Source of the DNA: Scyliorhinus canicula | Taxonomy: Eukaryota | NCBI RefSeq assembly: GCF_902713615.1 | Contig: NC_052152.1 | Span: 52,179,810-52,243,809 of the forward strand | Direction of reading: 5' to 3' | DNA length: 64,000 nt | Part shown: positions 24,330 through 35,939 of the stretch, in pieces | Numbering within the stretch: the stretch's first letter is position 1 | How the letters are laid out: each line of letters starts with the position of its first letter | Made by a program: the position numbers and the translations under genes | Notes under the pieces: generated by a model | Database searches by the model: none | What the model saw: the letters and a program-made list of their open reading frames with translations, nothing else | Told to the model about the DNA's origin: nothing

Positions 24330-24652
24330 GGGCAGCACGGTAGCATTGTGAATAGCACAATTGAAGCTCCAGGGTCCCAGGTTCGATTCCCGACTTGGGT
24401 CACTATCTGTGCGGAGTCTGCACGTTCTCCCCGTGTGTACGTGGGTTTCCTCCGGTTTCGTCCCACAGTTCAGGTTAGGTGGATTGGCCATGATAAATTG
24501 CCCTCAAGTGTCCAAAATTGCCCTTAGTGTTGGGTGGGGTTACTGGGTTATGGGGATAGGGTGAAGGTGTTGACCTTGGGTAGGGTGCCCTTTCAAAGAG
24601 CCGGTGCAGACTCGATGGGTCAAATGGCCTCCTTCTGCTCTGTAAATTCCAT
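24330..24652 (+). mobile_element. V-SINE, CR1-type tail
   Basis: Closely matches 6403-6752. Confidence 0.88.
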
Positions 24653-24934
24653 GAAAACAGTACACACTCGCTAAAGCTGAGAATGGGATTTCTAAATTGT
24701 ACTTCTAAAAGGTCATCAACCTCAAAATGTTAACTCCGCTTTTACACATCCTGCTTGACCCACTATGTGTTTTGCAGCATTTTTTTGTTTTCGTTTACAA
24801 TCGCACATGTTTGGTCATGCAGCCACTGCCGCAGCAGGGTCGCGTGTTGTGGAATGGGGAAAATGTCTCTGGACTGGAACGGGATGGTCCAAATGACATT
24901 TCCCCGAAGTCTCAGTAAGATGCACTCTCACCTG

Positions 24935-25280
24935 AGTCAAAGGCTTCCATTCTGACTGGAGAGACGTGAGCGCAATCTGGGCTGTCAGTGTCACCTCGTG
25001 TCTTACAGAGGGAGTGCTGCAGTGTGATCTCTCAGACCTGATCAGGTCAATGGGAGAGATCCCAAGTCAGGAGAAGGGAGTTCTCCCCAGTGCCCTGACT
25101 CATGCATCTGTCGCAATCAACATCACTGAAACTGATGACTTGAGTTAATATCAAAATGCCCGCTTGTGGAATCTTGCTCGGTGCGTTCTAGTCCAGCAAT
25201 GACTCCACTTCATTCAGTGTGAAGCACACTGGGGCGGGATCCGGAGGCCATGAACGATGCTACATAAAGGCAAATCTTTC
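24935..25280 (+). mobile_element. Highly diverged DeuSINE
   Basis: GAGGGAGTGCTGCA..GGGAGTTCTCCCCAGTGCCCTG..AACATCACT..TGTGGAATCTTGCT..ATGCTACATAAAGGCAAAT aligns loosely with 22530-22895. Confidence 0.6.
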
Positions 25281-25499
25281 TGAAGTGTTTGAACGATAAT
25301 CAGGAAAGGAAGCGTTGACTTTTATTGCGCTCATTTACAACTGCTGTTAAATTAATCATTTCTAGTTGAGCAATTCTGAAAAAAAAGGGAGCGGCTGGAA
25401 CAGATTTAACTCCGAGTCAGGTGTGTGATATTTTGCAACAGGGAAGCTGGTAGTACGGAGTCCATGCAGCAACAACAAATGAAGGAGCTGATTACTCAC

Positions 25500-25566
25500 C
25501 AAATGAAAGAATCAAAGAAAATACAAGAACAACTCCAATCTTCTCTTTCACACAGGGCTGCTCCAT
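25500..25566 (-). CDS. IGSF3: EWI-family Ig superfamily gene (IGSF3/CD101-like), coding exon 1: signal peptide MEQPCVKEKIGVVLVFSLILSF
   Basis: Not in the ORF track; read by hand. ATG at 25566, hydrophobic core IGVVLVFSLILSF, phase-1 donor TTTG|GTGAGT at 25500/25499. Joins in frame to the next exon (F-D-S-C-A-A-Q-R-Q-V). The symbol means IGSF3-like; CD101 orthology is not excluded. Confidence 0.85.
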
Positions 25567-25599
25567 CTCACTGTCAGTTCAGACAGCAGTTTGACCGGA

Positions 25600-25800
25600 A
25601 CGCAGCTGTAGATGAGCTTTTATGAACTCAGCAGCTAACTGGGAAACGCAAACCGCAGTGTTCAGCAGAATTGCGATCAAAGTGGCTCAAACCACAAAGT
25701 GGTTTAGGTTCAGGCTAACGTTTGCAATGTTCTGACATTGGGTGACATCAGCCCAGACACACAAACTTCCTCCAACGTGCAGACTACAGAGCATGTAAAT
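25600..25800 (-). promoter_or_regulatory. Putative proximal promoter/5'UTR of the EWI gene
   Basis: Non-repetitive DNA just upstream of the ATG. RUNX-type ACCGCA (25652) and ACCACA (25691), CRE-like TGACATCA (25743), ETS core ACTTCC (25765). TSS not determinable from sequence. Confidence 0.45.
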
Positions 25801-26119
25801 TCAGACACCGAAGCGACCATGCGAGTAGCAGCGAGGCTCCTCTGGGTGTGAATACTGTTTGTCACGTTTGCCCTCGTTCTACTTTCAGGTCTACGTAAAT
25901 GGGTCACACTCTCTCCCGGCTCCAGTGGCTGTCAGCAGGCTGAGTGTCAATGAAGAATTTGAATACAGGAAGTTTCTTAAAATAGGGAGCGGCGGTCTCG
26001 GAAATTTAGATTGTGGGAGAGAAAAGGAGTGTGTGAGATTGTGAGTAGTGTCTAGAAGAGATAGTCAATAGTTTGTATGTGGGAGGGAGTAATGAAGAGG
26101 TGAGGGGGAAATTAGCTGT

Positions 26120-29100
26120 GAGGGAGACGGTGGGGTTAATGAAGGGTGAGAGGGGAGGGTGGGGTTAATGAAGAGTGAGAGGGGAGGGTGGGGTTAATGA
26201 AGAGTGAGAGGGGAGGGTGTGGTTAATGAAGGGTGAGAGGGGAGGGTGGGGTTAATGAAGGGTGAGAGGGGAGGGTGGGGTTAATGAAGGGTGAGAGGGG
26301 AGGGTGGGGTTAATGAAGGGTGAGAGGGGGAGGGTGGGGTTAATGAAGGGTGAGAGGGGAGGGTGGGGTTAATGAAGGGTGAGAGGGAGGGTGGGGTTAA
26401 TGAAGGGTGAGAGGGGACGGTGGGGTTAATGAAGGGTGAGAGGGGACGGTGGGGTTAATGAAGGGCGAGAGGGGACGGTGGGGTTAATGAAGGGTGAGAG
26501 GGGACGGTGGGGTTAATGAAGGGTGAGAGGGGACGGTGGGGTTAATGAAGGGTGAGGGGAGGGTGAGGTTACTGGAGAGTGAGGGGAGGGTGAGGTTACT
26601 GGAGAGTGAGGGGAGGGTGGGGTTAATGGAGAGTGAGGTTAGGGTGGGGTTAATGGAGAGTGAGGTTAGGGTGGGGTTAATGGAGTGAGGGAAGGGTGGG
26701 GTTAATGGAGTGAGGGAAGGGTGGGGTTAATGGAGAGGTGAGGGGAGGGTGGGGTTAATGGAGAGGTGAGGGGAGGGTGGTGTTAATGGAGAGGTGAGGG
26801 GAGGGTGGTGTTAATGGAGAGGTGAGGGGAGGGTGGTGTTAATAGAGAGGTGCGGGGAGGGTGGGGTTAATGGAGAGCGAGAGGAGGGTGGGGTTAATGA
26901 AGGGTGAGAGGGGAGGGTGGGGTTAATGAAGAGTGAGAGGGGAGGGTGGGGTTAATGAAGAGGGGAGGGTGGGGTTAATGAAGGGTGAGGTTACTGGAGA
27001 GTGAGGGGAGGGTGAGGTTACTGGAGAGTGAGGGGAGGGTGGGGTTAATGAAGGGTGAGGGGAGGGTGGGGTTAATGAAGGGTGAGAGGGGAGGGTGGGG
27101 TTAATGAAGGGTGAGAGGGGAGGGTGGGGTTAATGAAGGGTGAGAGGGGAGGGTGGGGTTAATGAAGGGTGAGGGGAGGGTGGGGTTAATGAAGGGTGAG
27201 AGGGGAGGGTGGGGTTAATGAAGGGTGAGAGGGGAGGGTGGGGTTAATGAAGGGTGAGAGGGGAGGGTGGGGTTAATGAAGGGTGAGAGGGGAGGGTGGG
27301 GTTAATGAAGGGTGAGAGGGGAGGGTGGGGTTAATGAAGGGTGAGAGGGGAGGGTGGGGTTAATGAAGGGTGAGAGGGGAGGGTGGGGTTAATGAAGAGT
27401 GAGAGGGGAGGGTGGGGTTAATGAAGAGTGAGAGGGGAGGGTGGGGTTAATGAAGGGTGAGAGGGGAGGGTGGGGTTAATGAAGGGTGAGAGGGGAGGGT
27501 GGGGTTAATGAAGGGTGAGAGGGGAGGGTGGGGTTAATGAAGAGTGAGAGGGGAGGGTGGGGTTAATGAAGGGTGAGAGGGGAGGGTGGGGTTAATGAAG
27601 GGTGAGAGGGGAGGGTGGGGTTAATGAAGGGTGAGAGGGAGGGTGGGGTTAATGAAGGGTGAGAGGGGACGGTGGGGTTAATGAAGGGTGAGAGGGGACG
27701 GTGGGGTTAATGAAGGGTGAGAGGGGACGGTGGGGTTAATGAAGGGTGAGGGGAGGGTGAGGTTACTGGAGAGTGAGGGGAGGGTGAGGTTACTGGAGAG
27801 TGAGGGGAGGGTGGGGTTAATGGAGAGTGAGGTTAGGGTGGGGTTAATGGAGAGTGAGGTTAGGGTGGGGTTAATGGAGTGAGGGAAGGGTGGGGTTAAT
27901 GGAGAGGTGAGGGGAGGGTGGGGTTAATGGAGAGGTGAGGGGAGGGTGGTGTTAATGGAGAGGTGAGGGGAGGGTGGGGTTAATAGAGAGGTGCGGGGAG
28001 GGTGGGGTTAATGGAGAACGAGAGGAGGGTGGGGTTAATGAAGGGTGAGGGGAGGGTGGGGTTAATGAAGAGTGAGAGGGGAGGGTGGGGTTAATGAAGA
28101 GAGAGGGGAGGGTGGGGTTAATGTGTGAGAGGGGAGGGTGGGGTTAATGAAGGGTGAGAGGGGAGGGTGGGGTTAATGAAGAGTGAGAGGGGAGGGTGTG
28201 GTTAATGAAGGGTGAGAGGGGAGGATGGGGTTAATGAAGGGTGAGAGGGGAGGGTGGGTTAATGAAGGGTGAGAGGGGAGGGTGGGGTTAATGAAGGGTG
28301 AGAGGGGAGGGTGGGGTTAATGAAGGGCGAGAGGGGACGGTGGGGTTAATGAAGGGCGAGAGGGGACGGTGGGGTTAATGAAGGGTGAGAGGGGACGGTG
28401 GGGTTAATGAAGGGTGAGAGGGGACGGTGGGGTTAATGAAGGGCGAGAGGGGACGGTGGGGTTAATGAAGGGTGAGAGGGGACGGTGGGGTTAATGAAGG
28501 GTGAGAGGGGACGGTGGGGTTAATGAAGGGTGAGGGGAGGGTGAGGTTACTGGAGAGTGAGGGGAGGGTGAGGTTACTGGAGAGTGAGGGGAGGGTGGGG
28601 TTAATGGAGAGTGAGGTTAGGGTGGGGTTAATGGAGAGTGAGGTTAGGGTGGGGTTAATGGAGTGAGGGAAGGGTGGGGTTAATGGAGAGGTGAGGGGAG
28701 GGTGGGGTTAATGGAGAGGTGAGGGGAGGGTGGTGTTAATGGAGAGGTGAGGGGAGGGTGGTGTTAATGGAGAGGTGAGGGGAGGGTGGTGTTAATAGAG
28801 AGGTGCGGGGAGGGTGGGGTTAATGGAGAGCGAGAGGAGGGTGGGGTTAATGAAGGGTGAGAGGGGAGGGTGGGGTTAATGAAGAGTGAGAGGGGAGGGT
28901 GGGGTTAATGAAGAGGGGAGGGTGGGGTTAATGAAGGGTGAGGTTACTGGAGAGTGAGGGGAGGGTGAGGTTACTGGAGAGTGAGGGGAGGGTGGGGTTA
29001 ATGAAGGGTGAGAGGGAGGGTGGGGTTAATGAAGGGTGAGAGGGGACGGTGGGGTTAATGAAGGGTGAGAGGGGACGGTGGGGTTAATGAAGGGTGAGAG

Positions 29101-29798
29101 GGGACGGTGGGGTTAATGAAGGGTGAGGGGAGGGTGAGGTTACTGGAGAGTGAGGGGAGGGTGAGGTTACTGGAGAGTGAGGGGAGGGTGGGGTTAATGG
29201 AGAGTGAGGTTAGGGTGGGGTTAATGGAGAGTGAGGTTAGGGTGGGGTTAATGGAGTGAGGGAAGGGTGGGGTTAATGGAGAGGTGAGGGGAGGGTGGGG
29301 TTAATGGAGAGGTGAGGGGAGGGTGGTGTTAATGGAGAGGTGAGGGGAGGGTGGGGTTAATAGAGAGGTGCGGGGAGGGTGGGGTTAATGGAGAACGAGA
29401 GGAGGGTGGGGTTAATGAAGGGTGAGGGGAGGGTGGGGTTAATGAAGAGTGAGAGGGGAGGGTGGGGTTAATGAAGAGAGAGGGGAGGGTGGGGTTAATG
29501 AGTGAGAGGGGAGGGTGGGGTTAATGAAGGGTGAGAGGGGAGGGTGGGGTTAATGAAGGGTGAGAGGGGAGGGTGGGGTTAATGAAGGGTGCGAGGGGAG
29601 GGTGGGGTTAATGAAGGGTGGGGTTAATGAAGAGGGAGGGTGGGGTTAATGAAGGGTGGGGTTAATGAAGTGGGAGGGTGGGGTTAATGAAGAGGGAGGG
29701 TGGGGTTAATGAAGAGTGAGAGGGGAGGGTGGGATTAATGAAGAGTGAGAGGGGGTGGGGTTAATGAAGGGTGCAAGGAGAGAGGGGGTGGGGTTACT
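26120..29798 (+). repeat. G-rich minisatellite, 29-bp unit TGAGAGGGGAGGGTGGGGTTAATGAAGGG, about 125 copies with variant blocks
   Basis: Directly visible tandem array of about 3.7 kb; copy number estimated as length/29. Confidence 0.97.
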
Positions 29799-31189
29799 GA
29801 ACAAGAGGATGGAATCAACACAGATAATGAACAGTGAAATGAACGAATAGTCTAATTTTAATCACTGTTTGGTGTCTGAAATAATTGAAACACCTGCTCC
29901 AGTGTCTAATTTGAAGTTTATTTTATGCTGGTTGACCATAATATCGACACTTCAATTGTTTTCATTTCCTCCTGCAGTTTCTCCATAAAAGTTGTACTTC
30001 TGGTTTTTTGAATCATTTTTCTTTGAAAGCCTTCAACTTAAATGATATATGATTTTAGTTATTTCTCCTTTAATATGTTGCGACTGACTGATTTAAATAG
30101 CCTCTCTTCCTACATTTTCCATGCACCATTCTTCACTGGTGTACAACAACAGTAACACTGACCAATGGTGGCTATCATCTCTTTTTCTCTGTTCGGCATT
30201 AGGTGCACAACTTCTACATGCTACCAACTGGACTGCATGAGCTGCTTTCCTCCATGAGATTTCTCTTTCACCTTGAATAACATTTTGTTTTCTTTACTAA
30301 CTGCACAGCCTTTGGGGTCGAATCTTCCCTCAATCTGATAATGCCTCTTCTAGCACTTCTACAACAATGCAATCCTGGATTAATTTGCCTTTCAGGGCTC
30401 TGTATTTGCAAATTTCAGCAGATCAACATAATAGGTTAATCAATGAACATATGCTCTCGCCCAGTCTTTGGGTGCACCTATTAAATGTGGCTTTCTCTAT
30501 AATGGTATTCTTCTGAAGATTAAAATACATACCAAAGGCTTTAGTAACTTCTTATATCGCGTGTCAACTTTGAAAAAAATAATGATTTAAACAAAAAATA
30601 ACATTCCAGCCCTTACTCCCCATGCTCCCTCACCCTATGCCAATCCATGGCACATATGCCCCTATCCCATGGTCCCTCATAACATCCATGTGAATCCATG
30701 CCCCTCTGTCCACCAGCCATGGACATTTATATCCCCCATATGAACCTCTGTGCCTCCACCATCACCCAAAGCCCCTACAATCCTCCATGCCAACCTGTGC
30801 CCCTATCATCCCATGATCTTTTATAGCCCTGATGCCAACTTAGTGCCAAACCATGCCCCATCCTTTGCCATTACAGCCTCTATGCCAACTCATCCAGTAT
30901 CAATCATTGGCATGCCTCTGGATTCATGATGAAATTAAAGTTCTTCCTTGTCTGATAATGAATTCACTATTTTTTAAAAATCAGTAATTAAAAACCCATT
31001 CACTACATTTAACTTCTTTCAAATCCTTAATCCTTCATAACAAACATTTGTATTCATAGTCCTATTTCAAAGGCTTCATGCACATTTGAAGCTGTCCAAC
31101 TATGAACTGACATGAACCCAACTATGATAGTTTGTGAAATCAGCACTAACCTATGATAGGTTGTGAAATCAGCTATAATGCTAACCCTC

Positions 31190-31970
31190 AGGCTTATAAA
31201 GAACAATACAGCACAGGAACAGATCCTTCGGCCCTACAAGCCAGTAACGGTCATGATACCAGCCTTTGCCAAAATGCTCAGCACTTCCTTGTGCCGTATC
31301 CCTCGGTATCCATGTGTTTGTCAAGATGGCTTTTGAAGGCTGTTAATGAATCAGTTGTCACAACCACCCTGGCAACGCGTTTCAGGCACTCGCCACCCTC
31401 TGCGTAAAACACCTGCCTCGCACATCTCCTCTAAACTTTGCCCCATGGACCTTAAACCTCTGCCCCCTGGCGACTGACCCCTCCACCCTGGGAAAAAGTG
31501 CCTGCCCATCCACTCTATCCATGCCCCCATAATCTTGTCGACCTCTATCAGGTCACCCCTCAACCTCCGTCTTTCTAATAAAAACAGTCCGAGTCTATTC
31601 AGCCTTTCCACATAGCTAACACCCTCCAGACCAGGCAACATCCTGGTAAACCTCCTCTGCACCCTCTTCAAAGCCACCACATCCTTCTGGTTGCGTGGCG
31701 ATCAGAATTGTGCGCAATATTCCAAGTGTGGCCGTACCAAGGTTCTCTACAACTGTCACATGACTTGCCAATTTTTATACTCTATGCCCCATCCAATGAA
31801 GGCAAGCATTCCATATGCTTTCTTGACTACCTTGTCCACTTGTGTTGCCACCTTCAAAGATCTGTGGGCCTGCACACCCAGATCTCTCTGACTTTCTATA
31901 TTCCGAAGAGTTTGCCATTTATGGTATATTTCCCCTCTATGTTAGACCTACCAAAATGTATTACCTCATG
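31190..31970 (-). mobile_element. CR1 LINE 3' portion
   Basis: VALKRVQRRFTRMLPGLEGVSYVERLNRLGLFLLERRRLRGDLIEV plus 3' tail. Confidence 0.9.
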
Positions 31971-32994
31971 GCCTATGATAAAAGACAAAGTGAAATGGAG
32001 AGCACTGATTATTTTCAACACTGCTGACAGTTTTGTCAAATATTTAAAAGACAGGAGATTGAAATGGCTTCATAAATTCATTTTTCAGTTCCCTTTATAA
32101 TTCCATGAGGGTCTCAACTTTTTCTACAAACATTCATGGCTATGGCTAACATTCATGCATTTTAACAATTCAATACCTTACCTTGCTCAAAGGTGTCCTG
32201 GGATCATGTCTAAAAGTGTACCCTACCTCACCAAAGAGTGCCCTACCTCTCCAAATAACTTTAGACTTTTTCCTAGCTGGTCCATAGAGCACAAGCTATG
32301 TCTTGGACATCCCACTAGATTTGAAGGCAACTGCGCTTCAACATTGGCAATTGATTCCATAAATCACTAATATGTAAAGTTTGACCCCATTTCTAACCGC
32401 CCTTGTGAAAATGGTGCAGGTGGGACTTGCGAATAAAGGCCTCCACAGCCATTTTTGCTAAGATGGAGAGTCTCTCTGTCTGTGTGAAAATTCAGGCTTC
32501 CATGTAGATGAGAGGGGGGGGGGGGGGGGGGGGGCAGTGCGTGTGGAAAAAGAGAGAACCATCTGTGTGTATGAGTGGGATGAACAGTCTGTGTGTACAA
32601 GGGAGGATGGAAAGTATGTATGCACACATGTGAGAGAGTGAACAATGTGTGAGAGAAAAGAGGAGAGAGTGAGTGAACCGTGTGTGTGAAAGAGAAAGGG
32701 TTGCCTGTGTGTGGGGGAAAGGAACATTCTGCGTTTGGAGTGGGGGACCAGTATGGGGTGTGGGTTGTAGCATCTGCAGATGTACATGTTGGTGCCTTTG
32801 TAAGGGATGTAGAGCATCAGTAAAGCTGCCTGATCTGCTCATTCTTGGTTTCTTCTTACAGCTCCGTCTACACCTCTGTAAAGGGGAAACGCATTGCAAA
32901 TCCAACTTTTCCCAGAGATGGTTCTGGAAAGGAGCAAACAAAACGGCAAAGGTATCCGAATAATGGCAAAGAGATTGCAGATCGGTGTGCTTAC

Positions 32995-33180
32995 TGTAGC
33001 CATAGAACCATAGAATTCCTACAGTGCAGAAGGAGACTATTTGGCCCATCGAGTCTGCATCAATCCTCTGAAAGAACACCCTACCTAGACCCATCCCCTG
33101 CTGTAATCCCACCTAACCTGCACGTCCTTGGACACTGAGGGGAAATTTAATCATGGCCAATCCATCCATCTTTGGACATC
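32995..33180 (-). mobile_element. V-SINE 3' half (CR1-type tail)
   Basis: CATAGAACCATAGAATTCCTACAGTGCAGAAGG..GGCCCATCGAGTCTGCA..CACCTAACCTGCAC. Confidence 0.75.
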
Positions 33181-33650
33181 TTTGACCGTTATATCATCTC
33201 CGACCACAACTTATCATTGTATAATAAGGGTGAATATTTAATCTGCAATACCAAAAGATGTTAAAGAATGGCCTGAAACTGGTCATTGCCCCTCATGCAT
33301 GCTTAATAAAGCCCTGCCTGTTATAGACATATCTTCATATTGTCTATGTCCCTACTCCATGCAATGTGTAATATCAAAGAGGTAACAGAAATTATTGGCA
33401 TTGCAGCTTTTTCAGCTTGTAATGAAAATTGAATCCTGATGGTGTTAGCCAATAACGATGATCAGTGCATTTAGCAACAATGGTTGCTAAACACTATTAT
33501 TCTGTGTAAAATCAAGGCACAACTGCTTGTTTAGAACTTGCTATCTTGGAGAACCTCCATCGGAATCATTTGCCTCAAAGCTCAGGCAGAAGGGAACCTT
33601 TTGGAATGTTGGTTCTGAAATTTCTATTTGGACACAGTGGCTGCAAACAG

Positions 33651-34210
33651 GGGCTGGATTCTCCAAAAATGGGACAATGTCCCCATGCCGTCATAAAAAC
33701 GCTGGTGTTTCACGCCAGACTTTCCTTAAACAATTTGAGAGCTATTCACCTACCTGCACTGCAGGGGGCTGGGAGGGCCCCCAGAGTGCTTCTTGCATGC
33801 GCACGCCGGCAGTCTCCAGCGGCCGAGCCGAACACAATGGCAGACTCAGCCGGCGGACCTGGACCAACAAACAAGGTCCCAATGATCTGCCCTGCGCTGC
33901 TCCATCTAACCCGCCCGATTGCCGCCCCGGCCGCCCATAAGGCCACCCCACCAGGGTGGCTACGGACTGAGTCCCAACTGGCCAGACGTGGTTAGAACAC
34001 GCCATCGGGAATTCAGCTGGTTGGGACCGGAGTATCGCTGGAGAGCCTCTGGCAATGGCCCCCCAGCTATGCCGCGTAATTTGTGCGTGAGCGATTCTCT
34101 GGGGACCGGAGAATCGCGGGAGCGGCACCGGGCCCAATTCTCGCGTAAACATCGATTCTCTGCCCCCGCGCTGAACGCGATGTTGACGCGGGGCTTGGAG
34201 AATCCAGACC
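33651..34210. mobile_element. PIF/Harbinger-type MITE
   Basis: TIR GGGCTGGATTCTCC / GGAGAATCCAGACC; 3-bp TSD CAG (33648-33650, 34211-34213). Confidence 0.85.
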
Positions 34211-35019
34211 CAGATCTTTAAGGCATGTATCATTTCTGCGCTAAGGGTTTTGGTCTGATACTAAAATAGTATCCATGCCTCACAGACACAAGTCCGGCAC
34301 AATACAACACAACCACCATCTTGAAGACGGCATTAACACAGGCATTCGGTGCATAAGCTAAAGTACACAGTGTAGGCTGATCGAAAAATAGGAATAGAAA
34401 AAGTTCACAGCACAGAAGGATGCCTTGCGTTCCATCTGGCCTATAGGATGAAAATCCCACTCTGAGAACTTTATGGAATTAAAAAATACAAACCAGCAAA
34501 GGGTTAATAGGGACCTTCAGTAAAAAAGCAGTGGGCTCATCAGAAGTGTTTGGACATTGACTGATTGCTATCAGTGTGTTTATGCTACAAGGGAAATGCC
34601 ATTATCTGCCATTGACTAACACAATTATGAGTCTGATTATCAATACTATGGCACAAGGAACATATCAATACAATACATTTATAGAATGGTCATGTCACAA
34701 AGGTCTGCAGTACAATTGTACTAAAATTTGGCATCGCAACTACAATTGGTTCCTGCTGAGAAAAAGAATAGGGTCATTCTAACCTTCAGTAACCTTGGAG
34801 CCAGGTGCTATAACTGTGTTATCTCAAGCAGTAGGAGGATTGCTCTTTCAATGTGAACTGATAATATTTGTCTGGGATATATCGCCCACGGAAAAACCCT
34901 ACATTGCCGCAACCAACATGAGCGGATCACATTTTTCTGGACTATGTGGAAAGGTATCATTGCCCTCATCTACAAGCAGAAGGGGGAAAGGGAGGAAATT
35001 AAACATTTGTGACCTATTT

Positions 35020-35930
35020 CATTGTTGAATGTGGATTCTAACCAAGGTCATCGTAAAATCAAGTCTGCTCTGGAGTCAGTGATCCATCCTGGTCAGCCAT
35101 GTGCTGTACCCAGCAGGAAGATCTCTATCTCTGATAGCCTCATGCTACTCAGGGATATGGTCGCCTATGTGCACTGGAGGGTGGATACCTGCCCCATCAG
35201 CCTGGAACAGGAGAAGGCTTTTAACAGAATATCGCACACCTACATAGATAGATAGAACAGTACAGCACAGAACAGGCCCTTCGGCCCTCGATGTCGTGCC
35301 GAGCAATGATCACCCTACTTAAACCCACGTAACCCGTATACCCGTAACCCAACAATCCCCCCATTAACCTTACACTACGGGCAATTTAGCATGGCCAATC
35401 CACCTAACCCGCACATCTTTGGACTGTGGGAGGAAACCGGAGCACCCGGAGGAAACCCACGCACACACAGGGAGGACGTGCAGACTCCACACAGACAGTG
35501 ACCCAGCCGGGAATCGAACCTGGGACCCTGGAGCTGTGAAGCATTGATGCTAACCACCATGCTACCGTGAGGCCCCATGGTTGGTGAGCTTTCCAAAATG
35601 GGGTTTGGGGAGGGAATCCACAATTGGATACAACTGCTCTACACAAATATCAGTAGCACAGTCTCAATCAATGGATGAGAATCAGAAAACTTTCAGATCA
35701 AATCTGGAATCAGGCAAGGCTGACCCCCCTCTTCTGTCCTGTTTGTGTATTGCGTAGAACCTTTAGCCGAGTCCATCAGGAAGGATCTGGGCATAAAAGG
35801 AGTGATGATCCCAGGCAGCGGAGATACCCTCCCTGTACCTGGATGATGTTGTCATCTTCTGCTCAGATCCGATGTTGGCATGCAGGCTCTGCAACCAGTT
35901 TGAACTGTCCTCGGGAGCCAGGGTAAACCG
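35020..35930 (+). mobile_element. Tx1/L1-type RT fragment split by a SINE
   Basis: SVIHPGQPCAVPSRK.ISDSLMLLRD..ISLEQEKAFNRISHTY, then MGFGEGIHNWIQLLYTNISSTVSINGWESENFQIKSGIRQG. Confidence 0.8.
35243..35577 (-). mobile_element. V-SINE with CR1 tail (young subfamily)
   Basis: Near-identical to 20813-21153. Confidence 0.88.
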
Positions 35931-35939
35931 TGTGAGACC

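Noticed and set aside
25849-25851. In-frame TGA as selenocysteine
   Set aside because: Lies in a hydrophobic leader-like stretch, with no redox motif or SECIS evidence.
26610-29240. TTAGGG hexamers as an interstitial telomere
   Set aside because: They are isolated single hexamers within variant minisatellite units, never tandem.
29800-30500. Possible coding remnant on the minus strand
   Set aside because: Short open stretches with frequent stops and no motif I recognise; needs tBLASTx.
33527-34233. Overlapping 100-180 aa ORFs in GC-rich segments (also 15437-16093, 44476-45191, 53691-54273, 55383-56037)
   Set aside because: They coincide with TIR-bounded MITEs; high GC suppresses stop codons and no domains are recognisable.
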